DNA from: Patescibacteria group bacterium
GTDB lineage: Bacteria > Patescibacteriota > Patescibacteriia > 2-12-FULL-60-25
Direction of reading: 5' to 3'
NCBI GenBank assembly: GCA_041665285.1
Contig: JBAYJC010000003.1
Location: 65,902 to 129,901, forward strand
Length of the DNA: 64,000 nt
Numbering within the stretch: the first letter of the stretch is position 1; each line of letters starts with the position of its first letter. The notes beneath the pieces are model-generated. The model was given only the letters and a program-made list of their open reading frames with translations. It did no database searches and was not told where the DNA came from. The position numbers and the translations under genes are program-made. Of this stretch, positions 45,377-55,700 are shown piece by piece.

Positions 45377-45641
45377 GGGTTTGGCTCCTTTCGAGGTGCT
45401 TGGCGCATTGGAACAGAAAAAGGATCGGGAGTCAACAGCCGACGCACCAGCCCGATCCCGAAGCTCCCCCTCTAACACGGCTACCGCCGCGCCAAGCTAC
45501 GCCCGCTCGCTTGACGCCCCCTCCGTGAGGGGGAGGATATGAGCGATCCCCCTCCTCGCGGAGGACGCACATCGAGCGAGCGTAGATGTGCGCGGCGTGC
45601 ATGCTCCTTTGCGAGAGCCGTGGGCTAGGGGAGGAGTGGCG

Positions 45642-46124
45642 TCACCCCCGATACATTCCCCCACCCACGATCGCAATGGCGAGCGCGTCTGCGGCGTCGT
45701 CGGGTTTGGGGATCTCTTTTAAGCACAACAGTCTCTGCACCATTTGTTGCACCTGTTTTTTGTCCGCCGCACCATAGCCCGTCACACCTTGTTTGACTTG
45801 ATTTGGTGTCATTTCGACGATAGGCACTCCTGCATCACCTACCACAAGCATCAAAACACCGCGCGCCATACCGACATGGATCGCGGTCGTGACATTTTTT
45901 GAAAAAAAGAGCTTTTCCATGGCCACACATGTCGGTTGGTATGTCTTGATGACCGTCGCGGTAGCGTCTCGCAACTGGCGTAAGCGCGTTGAAAAATCGT
46001 CTTTTGCGCTTGTTTGCAGGCAAGAATGGTGAAGCCACAGCACCTTACTCCCCAACTGCTCAATCACGCCAAACCCAATACGGTCGAAGCCAGGATCAAT
46101 ACCAAGAATGCGGCGAGAGGGCAT
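45642..46124 (-). CDS. ruvC: Crossover junction endodeoxyribonuclease RuvC
   Basis: RILGIDPGFDRIGFGVIE...AMEKLFF...GYGAADKKQVQQMV...PDDAADALAIAI. Confidence 0.9.
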   Translation of the reverse strand: MPSRRILGIDPGFDRIGFGVIEQLGSKVLWLHHSCLQTSAKDDFSTRLRQLRDATATVIKTYQPTCVAMEKLFFSKNVTTAIHVGMARGVLMLVVGDAGVPIVEMTPNQVKQGVTGYGAADKKQVQQMVQRLLCLKEIPKPDDAADALAIAIVGGGMYRG

Positions 46125-46225
46125 AGCGCTTCAAATAACATCTGCACTGTACCAGGGTTGACAAAACCCGAAAAGTATGATATCTTAGCCAGTCGAATCG
46201 TTTCGACAGAAAGGCTGGAAATCGC

Positions 46226-47329
46226 GTGAAAGCTATCATCGCGATGCTCGCGGGGTTGGCGATTGTCGCCTTCCTCGTGATCCGGGAGATGCCGACGCAA
46301 ACGCCGCGCGTGCAAGCGCGTGCGGTGGCGACGGTGCCTGCCCAGAGGGCGAGCCGCCCGAGGACGAACAGGCCGGCCGCGCAAGCGCCGGTTCGAGCGT
46401 CGGCCTCACGGCCTGCGCAAACCACCGCGGGCTCTACGCCTGCGCTCAACCACACGCACGCCTCACGGCCTGCGCGATGGGTCACGAACGCGGACGTGCA
46501 GGAACCTGCGTCGTCTGCGACTCTGCACAGGTTCCAGGGGCTCACGAGCAACTGGAACGGCGCGCCGGACAGAAGCGGCAGTCCGAACCTGGAAGCCGCG
46601 GTCCGCGAGCGCGTCAACCGCGCAGTCGCAGAAATTCTGGCGACAGATGCGCTCCCCGGCTCCTGGCAGTGGCCAAGTATCCGCGAGACCGCACGCCTGG
46701 TCGGTAATCGTCTGCCGCTCTTGCAGATGACACGGAGTGCCACCGCGGGAAGCAACGCGGTGTACATGGGATACGAGGAGTTCGGAGAGGTGTTCCGCGT
46801 GTCCAACGCGATCATGGAAGAGAGCCAGGACTTCGCCACGTCTGCGGTGATCCACGAGCTCACGCATCGCGTGGTGAGCAAGAACACCCAGGCACAGAGC
46901 AGGCTCTCGCTCCAGGAGCACGTGACCTTGCTCATGCGGTGTGCAGACTATTGGTCCGCGCACCAGACCACGAGCGAGGCGCTGGCACACCTGAACGAGG
47001 AGGTCTGGCTCCTCAAGCGCCATTCCGAAGGGCGCACGATGTCTGGCCAAGCCGCCACGCGCCTTGCGCTCATCGGCACGAGCGTGGCTCGGATCGTATT
47101 CGGCGATCGCGCGAGCGCAGACAGCGGCGCGCAGGAATTCGCCGGCTACATCCGCGGCTACGTCACCCGCGCGAGCCAGCGACACGTAGCGCAAAACGGC
47201 GCGTGGCGCCACAACGCCTGCGGCCCTGTGCCCCTGCTCCAAGGCGCTCGCCGTGGTCAGCGCTTCTGGAACACGGACCTGTCGCCTGCGCGACTTGTCC
47301 CGGTCTTCGACCACACCTACGGGCAGTAG
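46226..47329 (+). CDS. Membrane-anchored protein with HExxH (HELTH) zinc-metallopeptidase-like motif (GC-rich block)
   Basis: GTG start. N-terminal TM helix, Ala/Pro/Arg-rich linker, and SAVIHELTHRVV. Confidence 0.45.
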   Translation: MKAIIAMLAGLAIVAFLVIREMPTQTPRVQARAVATVPAQRASRPRTNRPAAQAPVRASASRPAQTTAGSTPALNHTHASRPARWVTNADVQEPASSATLHRFQGLTSNWNGAPDRSGSPNLEAAVRERVNRAVAEILATDALPGSWQWPSIRETARLVGNRLPLLQMTRSATAGSNAVYMGYEEFGEVFRVSNAIMEESQDFATSAVIHELTHRVVSKNTQAQSRLSLQEHVTLLMRCADYWSAHQTTSEALAHLNEEVWLLKRHSEGRTMSGQAATRLALIGTSVARIVFGDRASADSGAQEFAGYIRGYVTRASQRHVAQNGAWRHNACGPVPLLQGARRGQRFWNTDLSPARLVPVFDHTYGQ

Positions 47330-47395
47330 CGAGTCTCGCCGCTGTCCAAACCACCAACCCCTTACAAGACGCGCAACCCTGCGCTGTCTTTTATT

Positions 47396-48118
47396 TTATG
47401 CGAGATTTGAAAACACACGGCTCACGTCATCGTCTGCTTCTAGTTGCTCGATCAATTCCGCCACACGTGTACCGGTCTCCTCATCTGTTTCTACGAGCGT
47501 CTTTGGGACCCATTCAAACTCCGCGCTTTCCAAAGACAGCCCGAGCTTTGTTACCGCGTCAGCGACTTTCGCGAAATCATTTGGCGCGCACTGGATTTCT
47601 CCCGCATCATCTTGATCAAGAATATTCGACGCCCCCGCCTCAATGAGTGTCATCTCAATTTCGTCGCGTTTTTCGCGCGGGAACGATCCTTTTACGCGAA
47701 CAACGCCAACATTATCAAACAAGTATGTGACAGAGCCTGTTGCCGCAAGTGTACCATCGTTTTTTGAAAGCGCATGCTTCACCTCATTTGCCGTGCGATT
47801 ACGACTATCTGTCACGCATACGATAATGAGCGCCGTTCCTCCTGGGGCATAAGCTTCATACAAAAGCGTTTCAAGCTGACCTTCTGCGTCACTTCCGGCA
47901 CCGCGTTGAATCGCTCGATCAATACTATCCTTTGGCATAGACGCATCTCGCGCACGAATCATGGCCGTGCGTAGTCGCGCATTCATATTTGGATCTGCGC
48001 CCTTCTCTCGAGCGGCAACCGTGATCTCGCGCGCGAGCTTGGTAAACGAAGCAGAACGCTTAGCATCCAATGCGCCTTTGAATTGCTTCACTTTTGACCA
48101 CTTGGAATGACGAGACAT
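47396..48118 (-). CDS. yebC: YebC/PmpR-family DNA-binding transcriptional regulator
   Basis: MSRHSKWSKVKQFKGALDAKRSASFTKLAREITVAAREKGADPNMNARLR. Confidence 0.9.
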   Translation of the reverse strand: MSRHSKWSKVKQFKGALDAKRSASFTKLAREITVAAREKGADPNMNARLRTAMIRARDASMPKDSIDRAIQRGAGSDAEGQLETLLYEAYAPGGTALIIVCVTDSRNRTANEVKHALSKNDGTLAATGSVTYLFDNVGVVRVKGSFPREKRDEIEMTLIEAGASNILDQDDAGEIQCAPNDFAKVADAVTKLGLSLESAEFEWVPKTLVETDEETGTRVAELIEQLEADDDVSRVFSNLA

Positions 48119-48287
48119 ATCTTCTGGAGAATAACCCTAGACATGTGGTGAGGCAAGTCTGCAGGATCTCAAAACCCCTCCGTTTTTTACGCGGAGGGGT
48201 TTTGTTGGTCGAGCTTAGCTCGATTCCTCGGACCAGTCTGACGAAGCACAGCTTCGTTCTTGATCCGTGAAACCGAGCTGAGCTCGG

Positions 48288-48363
48288 TGGTGGACCCTAT
48301 CGGGCTCGAACCGATCACCTCTTCCATGCCATGGAAGCGCTCTACCAAATGAGCTAAGGGCCC
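48288..48363 (-). tRNA. tRNA-Ala (anticodon GGC), CCA encoded
   Basis: Reverse complement: GGGCCCTTAGCTCATTTGGTAGAGCGCTTCCATGGCATGGAAGAGGTGATCGGTTCGAGCCCGATAGGGTCCACCA. Confidence 0.9.
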
Positions 48364-48473
48364 GCGAAGCGCAGGGCGCAAGTCGAAAGTCTGTAAAGTC
48401 ATCAAGTCATTATCCCGACTTTAAGGACTTTACGGTCTTCTTGCCCGCAGGTTACCAAACTCCTCGAAAGAGA

Positions 48474-49241
48474 TCAACCCTCTACGAAAAACACCCGCAT
48501 ACGGTCTCTGCGAACCCCAGAGGCTCGGTCTCGTAAGCGTTGCTCTGTATGCGCATCCCGAAACTTGCGAACCAGATCAGCGGCCTGCGCATGATTTGTC
48601 GCTGGCTTCTGCAGAGTATTACGCAAAACACCCTCCCAATGCGTCACCTCATCCATAACCTGAGATCCAAAAATCTCGTCCCATTCTGCAAGATCATCCA
48701 AGGATTCCTGCGGCTGTTCGGACTTTTTCTCTGGTACACGAGTCTCACGAGACACGAACATCTCCTCCAAAGGAAGCTCTTTTGAAGATGGACGTGAAAG
48801 AGCGCCACGAACAATGAGCTCTGAGCACACCATTTCTTCACGCTCTTGTTGTTGTGTTGTTCTGGATCGCTGTCCAAGCTGTTGCCACTCTGCCCATTCG
48901 TCCAACAATTCTCGGGTATCACGACTTGTCACATCCAAACGCTGGACCGCAGACGATAACACAGCCTGTTCCTGGCGAAGTTGAATAACTTGCGAAGCGA
49001 GCGTTTGGGTATTCTGTCCGCGAACACGTAACGCAAGAGCGCTAAGCTTCTGATCATAGGCCTTGCAGGCATGTTCGATTTTTTCCGCGATGCGCTGTTG
49101 TTCCTTGCCAAGGAGTTGTCGCGCGCGCATGGGGTCTGTGCGTGCAATCTGCTCAATTTTATCCAAGCCAAACTCCCCATCCTGCGTCTCTGCAGTTGGC
49201 CGTGAAAGCCAGTTCATGATATGACGCCAAGCAATCGACAT
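48474..49241 (-). CDS. Hypothetical coiled-coil protein
   Basis: 255-aa ORF, Gln/Glu/Arg-rich and helical. Confidence 0.45.
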   Translation of the reverse strand: MSIAWRHIMNWLSRPTAETQDGEFGLDKIEQIARTDPMRARQLLGKEQQRIAEKIEHACKAYDQKLSALALRVRGQNTQTLASQVIQLRQEQAVLSSAVQRLDVTSRDTRELLDEWAEWQQLGQRSRTTQQQEREEMVCSELIVRGALSRPSSKELPLEEMFVSRETRVPEKKSEQPQESLDDLAEWDEIFGSQVMDEVTHWEGVLRNTLQKPATNHAQAADLVRKFRDAHTEQRLRDRASGVRRDRMRVFFVEG

Positions 49242-49245
49242 ATCC

Positions 49246-51675
49246 TTAATACGTTTGCTCCTTCAGTGGCTCTGGAAGCGGTAATCTTCCTTTTTGCACA
49301 GGCTGTTTTAGATCATTCAACCGAGTGGCAATCGCCGCATTAGTTGGATATTTCTGCGCGAGTTGCTCCACAAGCTCCAGAGCATCTGTTCTGCGACCAA
49401 TGGCCTCATACATGGAAGAAAGGTACCACTTGGCATTTGCATTAGCCGCATCTGCGCGCACCACGCGTTCCATAAGCGCAATACCACGCTCTCGGTTGCC
49501 ACTACGAAAATAGAGAATGGCTAATTCAAACGCGATATTCGTGTCTTGTGTGTTTTGTTGAAGGATAAGCTCTAATTCCTTCACAGACTCCATCAAGCGG
49601 CCTTGGCGCTCAAAAACCACACCCATAAAATAGCGTGCAGGCAAAAAGTCTGATTTGAGGTTAATGGCGGCTCGCAACCACCTGGCCGCGGCGTCTAGAT
49701 TTTCTTTCACGCGTTCTTTTGCGGCTGTTCTGACTTTTTCATCTTTCACACCTGTTTGAATACGATCTGCTTCTGCACGCTGAAAATATAATTTGCCAAT
49801 CTCTGTCATGTACACAGGATTTTGCGGCTCACGACGATGTGCTTCTTCGTAGTTTTTCAGTGCAAACTGATCCGCATCATCAGCAAAACCAGACACGCTC
49901 TGGTATACAGACCCAAGATTTGCCCATACCTCTGGACTCATGGGCCACTGTTCTGTCGCAAGTTTCCCGTAATCAATGGACTTGCCAACAAGCACACGCA
50001 CCTCTCTTGCCTGCTCCTGCGTGGGCTGTCCGCTCACAATAGCCATCGCCTGCCCAAGATGCGCCTGGGAAAGCGCTCGTACATACGTTTCTACAAATGG
50101 ATTCAATGACCGTGCTTTTTCCAAAAGCGTTCTTGCTTGCGTAGAGTATTTTTCCGCCCCAACAAAGCGCACTGCTTGCGTATACGCCTGTTCCGCAACT
50201 ATACGCTGACCCATGAGCCACCATCCTGAGATGGTGGTAATCGCCATGAGCGTAAATCCAATGGCAAGAAACGTCTGCCAAGATGGTGCCTTTGTCGTGT
50301 CTACGACAAATCCCTTTGTGGCAGATAAAGCACCGAGAAGGGCCAAAGGGAACCAAAATGCTAATTGATGGACAAAACTCACGTTGTAGACAAACGCAAT
50401 GAGAACAGCCGCCATCCAGCCCAATAATACGGTGACAAAGGCATACCACGTATCATCATCGCGTTCACGAAGCACATGCGCCCAGCTTTTCACGAGAGCA
50501 GAAATGAGCAGGGCGAGCCATAATCCAAAACCCAAAATACCAAGAGTTGCCAAGGACGTGATCGCCGTAGAATAGCCGCGGTCAAAACGCACGGCCCAAA
50601 AGGGTGACTGATTTACCAGAGGGTCGCGATGTAATGCATAGTCATAAAGCCACGTACCCGGTCCAGAGCCAAGCAGTGGGTGCTGTTCAAGCACACGCTG
50701 GGCAATGTGCCACGATGCACGGAAGGACGGGGTGATTTCGCTCGGGAGTGTGGCTTTCCAAGGAAATTTCGCGAAAAGAAATATGCCAGCGATCAGGAGC
50801 AACGCACCCATGAAAGCAAGATGTACCGGCTTGCCAATGCGTCGCGTGCGGAAGTAGCCAAGAGCAAGCGAACCAAGCAAACAAACGAACAAGATCCCCC
50901 AAGCCGCGCGCATGTCTGTAAAAAGGAGGACAAGAAACGAGGTGATGGCCGTGAGCCACACTATCAGACGTGACCCCATCCCCTTGATACCATCTGAACC
51001 AAGCAGACAGACGTTGTCACGGCATCCGTGCATCAGAAGTACAGCGGACATCACAAGCGGAACAGTTAGAAAGATCGCGAGCCCATAGGTGCTCCCCGCG
51101 GTCGTAAACGCCAATTCTTTGGCAACGGGCGATGAAAAAAGATGCCAGCCTGCCATTTGCAATAGTCCAAAACACGCGGCAACAAAAGAAGAGGCCAAAA
51201 ACGCCAGCACCATGTTGTACACTTGCGCCAAGCTACGTACGCGATTCACGATCACAAGATACAGCAAGATACAGCTCGCAATCGTAAGAAAAGACCAGCT
51301 TGTTTGGCCAGCTGTGCCTATGAGCGATGCGTAACGCTCTTCAGAAAATAAGGCAACAACAAAATAACCAGCGCCAAAAAGCATGACCGCTGTATGCAAC
51401 CAACTTTTTGAAAACGAAAGATGTCGCTCCGCCAGCATTTTGCCTATCCACGCGGTTACAGCCAGCAACACGAGAGAAAACAAGACCGTCTGTTTGCTGA
51501 TTTCTAGCGCATCCAATATTGATGTGGCGAATGCAAGCGGAACAAAGAAGATGATGCCGTAGATACAGGCGTCCAGCAAAAAGGAAAAAAGGAGCGAAGC
51601 CACCAAATGCGTATTCTGCCGCGGCTCTGCGCTAACACCTGGCACCTGCGGACGATCGCTAAAAAAATGTGACAT
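49246..51675 (-). CDS. O-antigen ligase/polymerase-like polytopic membrane protein with C-terminal TPR repeats
   Basis: About 12 TM helices followed by repeated TPR-like A..YL..AI.L.P.. units. ATG at 51675. Confidence 0.6.
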   Translation of the reverse strand: MSHFFSDRPQVPGVSAEPRQNTHLVASLLFSFLLDACIYGIIFFVPLAFATSILDALEISKQTVLFSLVLLAVTAWIGKMLAERHLSFSKSWLHTAVMLFGAGYFVVALFSEERYASLIGTAGQTSWSFLTIASCILLYLVIVNRVRSLAQVYNMVLAFLASSFVAACFGLLQMAGWHLFSSPVAKELAFTTAGSTYGLAIFLTVPLVMSAVLLMHGCRDNVCLLGSDGIKGMGSRLIVWLTAITSFLVLLFTDMRAAWGILFVCLLGSLALGYFRTRRIGKPVHLAFMGALLLIAGIFLFAKFPWKATLPSEITPSFRASWHIAQRVLEQHPLLGSGPGTWLYDYALHRDPLVNQSPFWAVRFDRGYSTAITSLATLGILGFGLWLALLISALVKSWAHVLRERDDDTWYAFVTVLLGWMAAVLIAFVYNVSFVHQLAFWFPLALLGALSATKGFVVDTTKAPSWQTFLAIGFTLMAITTISGWWLMGQRIVAEQAYTQAVRFVGAEKYSTQARTLLEKARSLNPFVETYVRALSQAHLGQAMAIVSGQPTQEQAREVRVLVGKSIDYGKLATEQWPMSPEVWANLGSVYQSVSGFADDADQFALKNYEEAHRREPQNPVYMTEIGKLYFQRAEADRIQTGVKDEKVRTAAKERVKENLDAAARWLRAAINLKSDFLPARYFMGVVFERQGRLMESVKELELILQQNTQDTNIAFELAILYFRSGNRERGIALMERVVRADAANANAKWYLSSMYEAIGRRTDALELVEQLAQKYPTNAAIATRLNDLKQPVQKGRLPLPEPLKEQTY

Positions 51676-51756
51676 AGAACGACATCTGCAGTATAGCACG
51701 CGTAAACGTTCATAAAAAGAAAAAGCTCGCGCATCTGAAGCGATGGCGAGCAGAAC

Positions 51757-52671
51757 TCAGAACGTGACGCCGCAGAGCCTCGCGCCGGATGACGAGGAGT
51801 CGTCCGCGCAAGTAACCGACAGTGTGCGTGCGCCCTGCGTGACCGTGAACCGGCTCTGGTAGTCCGTTGGGCAGGGCGTCGAGTGATTCAGCGGACACAC
51901 GGCCACACACGGTCCAGTGGCACTCCCGGAGTTGTAGCACGGGAGAAAGTTGACCCTTGTACCGGTGGGGAAGCCCGTCACCGTATTCCATCCGAGAATC
52001 CCCGTGGGGTCGAAGTTGCAGGTGACCGTGGTGAGAGAGCCGTCCATCCCAGGACACCGCCGCCTGCTCCAGTTGCCGATCCCAGGAGTCTCCGGATGGT
52101 TCACATTGAAGTCCAGGATCGGATTGACCGTGATTTGACCAGCCGCCTCACGACGGAACACGACCATGATGGGATCCGCTCCCCTGGGCTCGGTCGGCAC
52201 GTCAGCGGCCGTGTCTGCTGTGGACGTATCGCGTGCATCCACGCCACGATCCGTGGGGACATCTGCCTCGACAGACGTGTCACGAGGCACGTCCGCGCCG
52301 CGGTCAGGCTGTGCGTCGATCACGTCCGTGGCAAAACCCGTGTCACTCACGATGGCCACGTCCGCGCTGTCCACGACCGATGTGTCTACTACGAACCAGT
52401 CTGCCATGACATCCGCGACACTCGTGTCAGCCGCCGCGTCAGGTGTCGTCGCCTCGAGGATTAGCGTGTCAGCCATGGGCCTGTCCGCAGTGGAGCTGTC
52501 CACCCGACACGGTCGCCACTCCTGGTCGAGGCAGGTTACCGCACCTTCGAGAAGGCCTCCGTCCTGCGCAGGACGCGAGGGCAGATCGCCATCAAGCATC
52601 CCGCAACCCAGCGCCAAGGCCGCGACCATCGCGACCAAGGCAAGCCCGTAGGTCGTCCAATTGAGCCTCAT
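51757..52671 (-). CDS. Secreted lipoprotein, Asp/Thr/Val-rich (GC-rich block)
   Basis: RBS GGAGGA. Lipobox LALGC. DTSV/ADV low-complexity region, then a Cys-containing C-terminal domain. Confidence 0.5.
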   Translation of the reverse strand: MRLNWTTYGLALVAMVAALALGCGMLDGDLPSRPAQDGGLLEGAVTCLDQEWRPCRVDSSTADRPMADTLILEATTPDAAADTSVADVMADWFVVDTSVVDSADVAIVSDTGFATDVIDAQPDRGADVPRDTSVEADVPTDRGVDARDTSTADTAADVPTEPRGADPIMVVFRREAAGQITVNPILDFNVNHPETPGIGNWSRRRCPGMDGSLTTVTCNFDPTGILGWNTVTGFPTGTRVNFLPCYNSGSATGPCVAVCPLNHSTPCPTDYQSRFTVTQGARTLSVTCADDSSSSGARLCGVTF

Positions 52672-52782
52672 AGTTCCTCCATGTTCCAGAGTACGGAACA
52701 CGTAAGGTTGGCACAAGCAACGGGTTTTGTCAACCGTGGGCCCGCCATAATTAAAATCACCTCAGCGTATTTCTGAGGTGAT

Positions 52783-55700
52783 TTATTCGGTGGTTGTGGT
52801 AGATTCAACGGTTGGAAGAGGCGCTTCTGTCACCACGGGAACAACGACAGGCTCTGGCACCGCTGGCTCAACAACGGGCGTTGGCTCTGGAGTTGGCTCA
52901 GGTGGCGTTGGTACCGGCTCAACGACCGGCGTTGGTACCGGCTCTATCACGGGCAGAGGTTCTACTACTGCTGGCTCTGGAGCCACAGGCTCTTCCGCGA
53001 CCGGTACTATCTGCGGTGGCTCTGGCTCAACAACGGGCGTTGGCTGTGCGGGCTGTGTGGTTGTTGCTGATGTTGGGGTGACGGCTATATCTTCTGGCTC
53101 TGGTGCAGGATCGACGACGGGTTCTGGCGCTGGTTTCTTTGTCTGTGTGCCATTCACCATAAAACCTGTAGTGGGATCAACAGAGGCAGAGGTGCCGTCA
53201 GAGGCGTAGACCTTCTCATCAACACCCGTTGGGTCCACGCGCCAGGTAAAGGCAATGTCGCGTGTCTGCTCTTGCTTCATCACAATATCAAACCCTGTAT
53301 CCGTATAATTATCCGTCCACCAGCCGCCCTCGACTTCGCCGCGAGGTGTTGCTTGGACATTTGGATAGCCGCCCACAGATGGGAAACTGACATGAACGCG
53401 CGTGGCTCCAGAAATAATGATGGCAAAGCCACGTTGCGGCATAAACACGGGAGCGGCCGCATCCGCCACAGCCTCTGCGGCGGCAAGTTGCACGCTCTTG
53501 TCTCCTCCCCACCACACAGGGTTCACGTACGCTTCCACAAGACCAATATCATTGCCACTAAAATCTTCAAGTGCCTGACCAACAACCGGGCCTGCTTCCA
53601 CTGCTTTGACTGCTACGCCAGGAATGGTCGAAGGCGCGAGCATGTCACCGATTTGAATAGCGCCCTTCAACGTAGACACTTTCGTCGGCACGCGACCAAC
53701 AAGGGCAATCGGATGCGTGGATGGAGCCGCGGCACCAGCCACAAAGCCTGGTTTAGTGGAAACAATGCCAATCAACATTTTATCTGGCTCTGAGGCGCGT
53801 TGCACATGAATGCGTCCGCGTTGACTCACCACCACTAAGTCACCTGGCTCCAATTTGTCTGGCGAATAGTAACGCTCAGCAAAATCATACGAAGAATTTG
53901 CCTGCCAGCCGTCTGCATTTGTCGCCATGTAGGTCGTGGTTGGCGATAACGAATCATCCAAATAGATGTACTTGTCTTGCTGAATGGTCCCACGCGCAGA
54001 AGGATACAGCTTTCCGCCAATCACCAAATCTTGCTTGATCGTCGCTGTACCATCTTGATCCAACGCGAGCAAGGTTGTTGTGGAGGCATTCTTAATCGTG
54101 AATGAAGATGTCGCGACGCTTGTCACGGTGTTTGCGAGGATAAAGTCAGAAGAAATCGCAGATGTTCCGTTCCAAGCACTACCTCGAAACGTCAGACCCC
54201 AAGAATCAGCAGTCGGATTCTCTGCGCTGGTTACTGCACGTGGGGCCATCACAAGGTCGTCTGTCACTTGCGCAACCGTTCCATCGGTGGCGAGCAAGGA
54301 TCCTGCGTAATATTGCGCATTGATAAAGACGACGACCGTAGAGGTTGTATTTGCATTTTCTAAAGCGCGTCCAATAATCATGCCTGGTTTTGTGGCCTTC
54401 ATGGCAAAGCCCGGCAAAGATGAGGCCGCAAGCGGATCGCCAATACTTATCGGGCCATTTTGCAGAGAAAACTTCACGGGCACACGTCCGACAAGGGCCA
54501 CGGATGCGCCATTTTTACGTCCAAGCAATACGCCAGGCGATGTAGAAACCACGCCGATCGTCTTTGGATCATACGCAACACCCGTGCTCTTTGTGACAGT
54601 CGTTGAAGAGACGCTATCCATCACGAGCACATCGCCAGGCTCTGCTGTACCACGGATTTGGTACTCTTCCGCAAGATCAAGATTTGCTGATGTAAAGACT
54701 CCGTTCGTATAGATCGACGTCGCAGAACCAATATTTCCTTGGACAAAGAGGTCGTCTCCATCCATAAAGAAATTCGGATCCATGGTAACCTCAATAGTGG
54801 AGGTGCCCACGGCAAGGTTGCCAAAAATCGTGGATGTTGTGCTCGTTGTACCGCCAGAAAATCCACCAAGAGAATAGACACCGCCTTGGCCAACAGAGAC
54901 ACCATTGCCCACATTTAACGTATTGGCAATGCGGCCATCTTGGGTCACATTCAATTGTCCGACCTCTGTGTTATACGCCGTCATGTTCGCGGTCTCAATG
55001 CCACCAAAATCCAAGGTAAACATGCCAAACGCTGTCATGGTCAGGCCAAAACGACCTCCGGACACATTCAGGAGACGATAGGAACCACCATCAGGCGTCA
55101 GAACAGAATCAACCAGCTCAAGGCCCATGGGACTCCGTACATCAAACACCCTATAGTTGGCATTAAGCGCTAAGTGTAGGTAACCACCTGCAAGTTGCAT
55201 ACACCCATACAGAGCCGCACAACCTCCTTCTGCACCTATCCATCGATTGATCTCCACAAGATTGCTATCGTCACTCGCATCCAAAATACGAACACCACTT
55301 ACACCAAGAGCGGCAATATTTCCATCATTCACATACAAATATCGCCCCTGGATTGCTAACCCTCTTGTAGCCATGGTGTCTGGAGAGGTATAGGTGCTCT
55401 TCAGGCTCAGGTCATAGGGCGAGGCAATATTCAAAACATGAATTTGATTTGCCGAGCCGTCTCCGACGTAGAGATATTTTCCCTGAAGCGCAAGGCCGGT
55501 CGCCATATTTCCAAGCGGGATCGCCCATGTAGAAAGAAGCCGTGGGCTTGCCCCATTTGCAAGATCAAAGATGCGAACATTAGCATCTGCTGTAATCAGA
55601 TAGCGCCCATTCCCTGTGACAAATCGGGGTACAGATCCAAGAGTGACCGTGGAAACAAGGGTAGAGCTCGCAATATTACTGATATCAATGATCCCAAGCG

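Noticed and set aside
45377-45641. Structured leader or ncRNA upstream of the 44279-45376 gene (hairpins CCCCCT-ccgtg-AGGGGG, TCCTC-gcg-GAGGA, CACATC...GATGTG; long-range CTACGC..CGCTCGCT / AGCGAGCGTAG)
   Set aside because: Many short GC hairpins are expected by chance in GC-rich DNA. I recognise no riboswitch or other family. The CTCGCGGAGGAC similarity to the array arm CTCGCGAGGAC is imperfect.
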